A stretch of DNA of 63,513 nucleotides, filler included, from a bacterium (lineage in GTDB: Bacteria > JALSQH01), in the NCBI GenBank assembly GCA_026985515.1. It is 8 parts of 8 records of this genome, joined end to end, with 100 filler letters (N's around TTAATTAATTAA, not from the genome) between each part and the next. Parts side by side here need not be neighbours in the genome. Positions count along the whole stretch, not along the records: positions 58,507 to 63,513 come from JALSQH010000029.1; 7 more parts are not named here. One strand, 5' to 3'. The translations under genes were made by a program, and so were the position numbers. Each line of letters starts with the position of its first letter. Positions within the stretch are counted from its first letter, which is position 1. Of this stretch, positions 61,831-63,513 are shown in pieces. The notes beneath the pieces were generated by a model that was not told the DNA's origin, ran no database searches, and was given only the letters and a program-made list of their open reading frames with translations.

Positions 61831-63513
61831 GTGAAAAGTGAAAACAGGTTATTACCCCTTTCAATTGCAGCCCTTGGCGTTGTTTTTGGTGACATTGGTA
61901 CAAGCCCCCTCTACGCAATTAAGGAGTGTTTTACCGGTGATTATGGCATTGCTCCTTTGAGGGAAAATATTCTGGGGATTCTTTCCCTTATTTTCTGGAC
62001 ACTTTTAATAATTGTGACGATAAAGTATGTCATCTTTGTTCTCAAGGCTGACAACGAGGGCGAAGGGGGGGTTATGGCTCTCACCGGTCTGATAAAAAGA
62101 GTGGATCCAGAGAAAAAGTTAACCCTTTTTGTACTCCTGGGTATTTTTGCAGCAAGTATGCTTTACGGTGATGGAATGATCACCCCTGCAATCTCAGTGC
62201 TGAGCGCGGTTGGTGGACTTGCCGTCGTTGCACCGGGACTCAAAGAATTTGTACTACCAGTCACAATTATTATTCTTATCGGGTTGTTTTTGATCCAGAG
62301 CAGAGGAACAGAAAAGGTTGGTTCTCTCTTCGGACCAATTATTTTCCTCTGGTTTCTTACCCTTGCTGTACTTGGTCTCATTCAGGTTGTGAAAAATCCC
62401 GTTGTTTTCCTGGCATTAAATCCACTCTATGGTTTTAAGTTTTTACTGAATGGAAATCTGAGAAGTTTCATAGTCCTTGGTGCAGTTTTCCTGGTTGCCA
62501 CGGGTGCAGAGGCGATGTATGCAGATATGGGACATTTTGGAAGAAAACCAATCAGATTAACCTGGAGTGTGGTAGTTTTCCCCTCACTTGTGCTGAACTA
62601 TTTTGGACAGGGAGCTTACCTTCTCTCTCATCCAGAAAGTGCAGAGAACATCTTTTTCATGATCGCCCCGCACTGGTTGAGGCTTTATCTCCTCATCATC
62701 GCCACACTTGCCACCATTATTGCGTCTCAGGCTGTTATTACCGGGTCTTTCTCCCTCACCAAGCAGATCATCCAGATGGGTTACTTCCCTAAAATGAAAC
62801 TGGTGCACACATCTTCCACAGAGAGGGGACAGATATATGTTCCTCTTATAAACTGGTTTCTCATGCTTGCCACAATAGGGCTTGTGCTTGGATTCAGGAC
62901 CACCTCACATTTAGCCGCAGCATACGGAGTTGCTGTTAATTTTACCATGATTGTTACCACCTTTCTCTTTTACATAATTTTGAGGAGAAAATTCAAGTGG
63001 GGTTTATTGAATGCTTTTTTGCTCTCTCTCCTTTTCTTTGTCGTTGAGCTTTCCTTTTTTGTAGCCAATCTTTCAAAAATCATGCATGGAGCATGGTTCC
63101 CCCTTGTTGTGGGAGGAGTGTTTTATGTTATCATGAGAACATGGGAAAAGGGAAGAATGATTCTGAGGGAAGAGTTCAAAAAAATCACCATGGATGTGGA
63201 AGAGTTTAAAGATATGCTGGAAAAGGAGGATGTGATTAAGGTAAATGGGTACGCTGTTTTCATGACGGGGAGACCTGATGTTGTTCCATTTGCCATGATT
63301 CAAAATGTGAGGCATAACAGGATAATTCACTCAACCTCAATTATTCTTCATATAAAATTTGAAACAATTCCAAGAGTGCCAAATCTTGAGAAGGTTGAGT
63401 TGGAAAAATTGGGTAATGGAATTTTCAGGGTAATTGCCAGAGTGGGTTATATGGAAGATCCAGATGTGGGAAAAATCCTTGAACTTGCCACTGCTTCCGG
63501 ACTTGATGTTCCA
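61831..63513 (+). CDS. kup: Kup/HAK/KT potassium transporter (runs off the window)
   Basis: Not in the ORF track. SD GGAGG + GTG 61831; LGVVFGDIGTSPLYA, ADNEGEGG, TGAEAMYADMGHFG. Confidence 0.96.
   Translation, partial: MKSENRLLPLSIAALGVVFGDIGTSPLYAIKECFTGDYGIAPLRENILGILSLIFWTLLIIVTIKYVIFVLKADNEGEGGVMALTGLIKRVDPEKKLTLFVLLGIFAASMLYGDGMITPAISVLSAVGGLAVVAPGLKEFVLPVTIIILIGLFLIQSRGTEKVGSLFGPIIFLWFLTLAVLGLIQVVKNPVVFLALNPLYGFKFLLNGNLRSFIVLGAVFLVATGAEAMYADMGHFGRKPIRLTWSVVVFPSLVLNYFGQGAYLLSHPESAENIFFMIAPHWLRLYLLIIATLATIIASQAVITGSFSLTKQIIQMGYFPKMKLVHTSSTERGQIYVPLINWFLMLATIGLVLGFRTTSHLAAAYGVAVNFTMIVTTFLFYIILRRKFKWGLLNAFLLSLLFFVVELSFFVANLSKIMHGAWFPLVVGGVFYVIMRTWEKGRMILREEFKKITMDVEEFKDMLEKEDVIKVNGYAVFMTGRPDVVPFAMIQNVRHNRIIHSTSIILHIKFETIPRVPNLEKVELEKLGNGIFRVIARVGYMEDPDVGKILELATASGLDVP

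Overview
The window is not one continuous locus. It is eight assembly segments joined by 100-nt spacers (N44-TTAATTAATTAA-N44), from a fairly AT-rich Gram-negative bacterium. K/E-rich proteins and the gene content suggest a thermophilic deltaproteobacterium or Myxococcota relative (inference). Seg1: a signal-peptide-bearing YidD-like ORF, a putative outer-membrane beta-protein and two TM2-motif proteins, then a CIRCE-controlled groEL with no groES and an Hsp70. Seg2: gap-pgk-tpiA-secG, tRNA-Pro(CGG), acyl-CoA dehydrogenase. Seg3: a large FN3-like lipoprotein, lpdA, and two divergent glycan clusters (NeuB, NeuA-PseG fusion, Wzx, pyruvyl transferase, AsnB, putative nonulosonate transferase; WbpB, WbpI, unknown, Wzz, Wzx, Wzy). 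Seg4: TadC plus three lipoproteins, one with at least 7 Ig-like repeats. Seg5: BatE-like gene with an overlapping zinc-ribbon ORF, IclR, a small wHTH protein, SfsA, glutaredoxin and an AmmeMemoRadiSam locus whose B-A fusion carries an export-like N-terminus and an internal start. Seg6+7 are really adjacent because ftsB spans the gap: GltD/GltE-like TPR proteins, PLC-ftsB-DmxA-like DGC-SurA-like-purE-tsaC, and a coupled udg-nfeD-3xSPFH-(CTG-start ORF)-ClC operon. Seg8: OmpR/PhoB-type regulator, PsiE-like protein, GIY-YIG nuclease abutting tRNA-Asn, YbdG-like MscS with a ~100-aa insertion, and kup. No CRISPR array, rRNA or transposase was seen. All family calls come from motif recognition by eye; no database searches were run.
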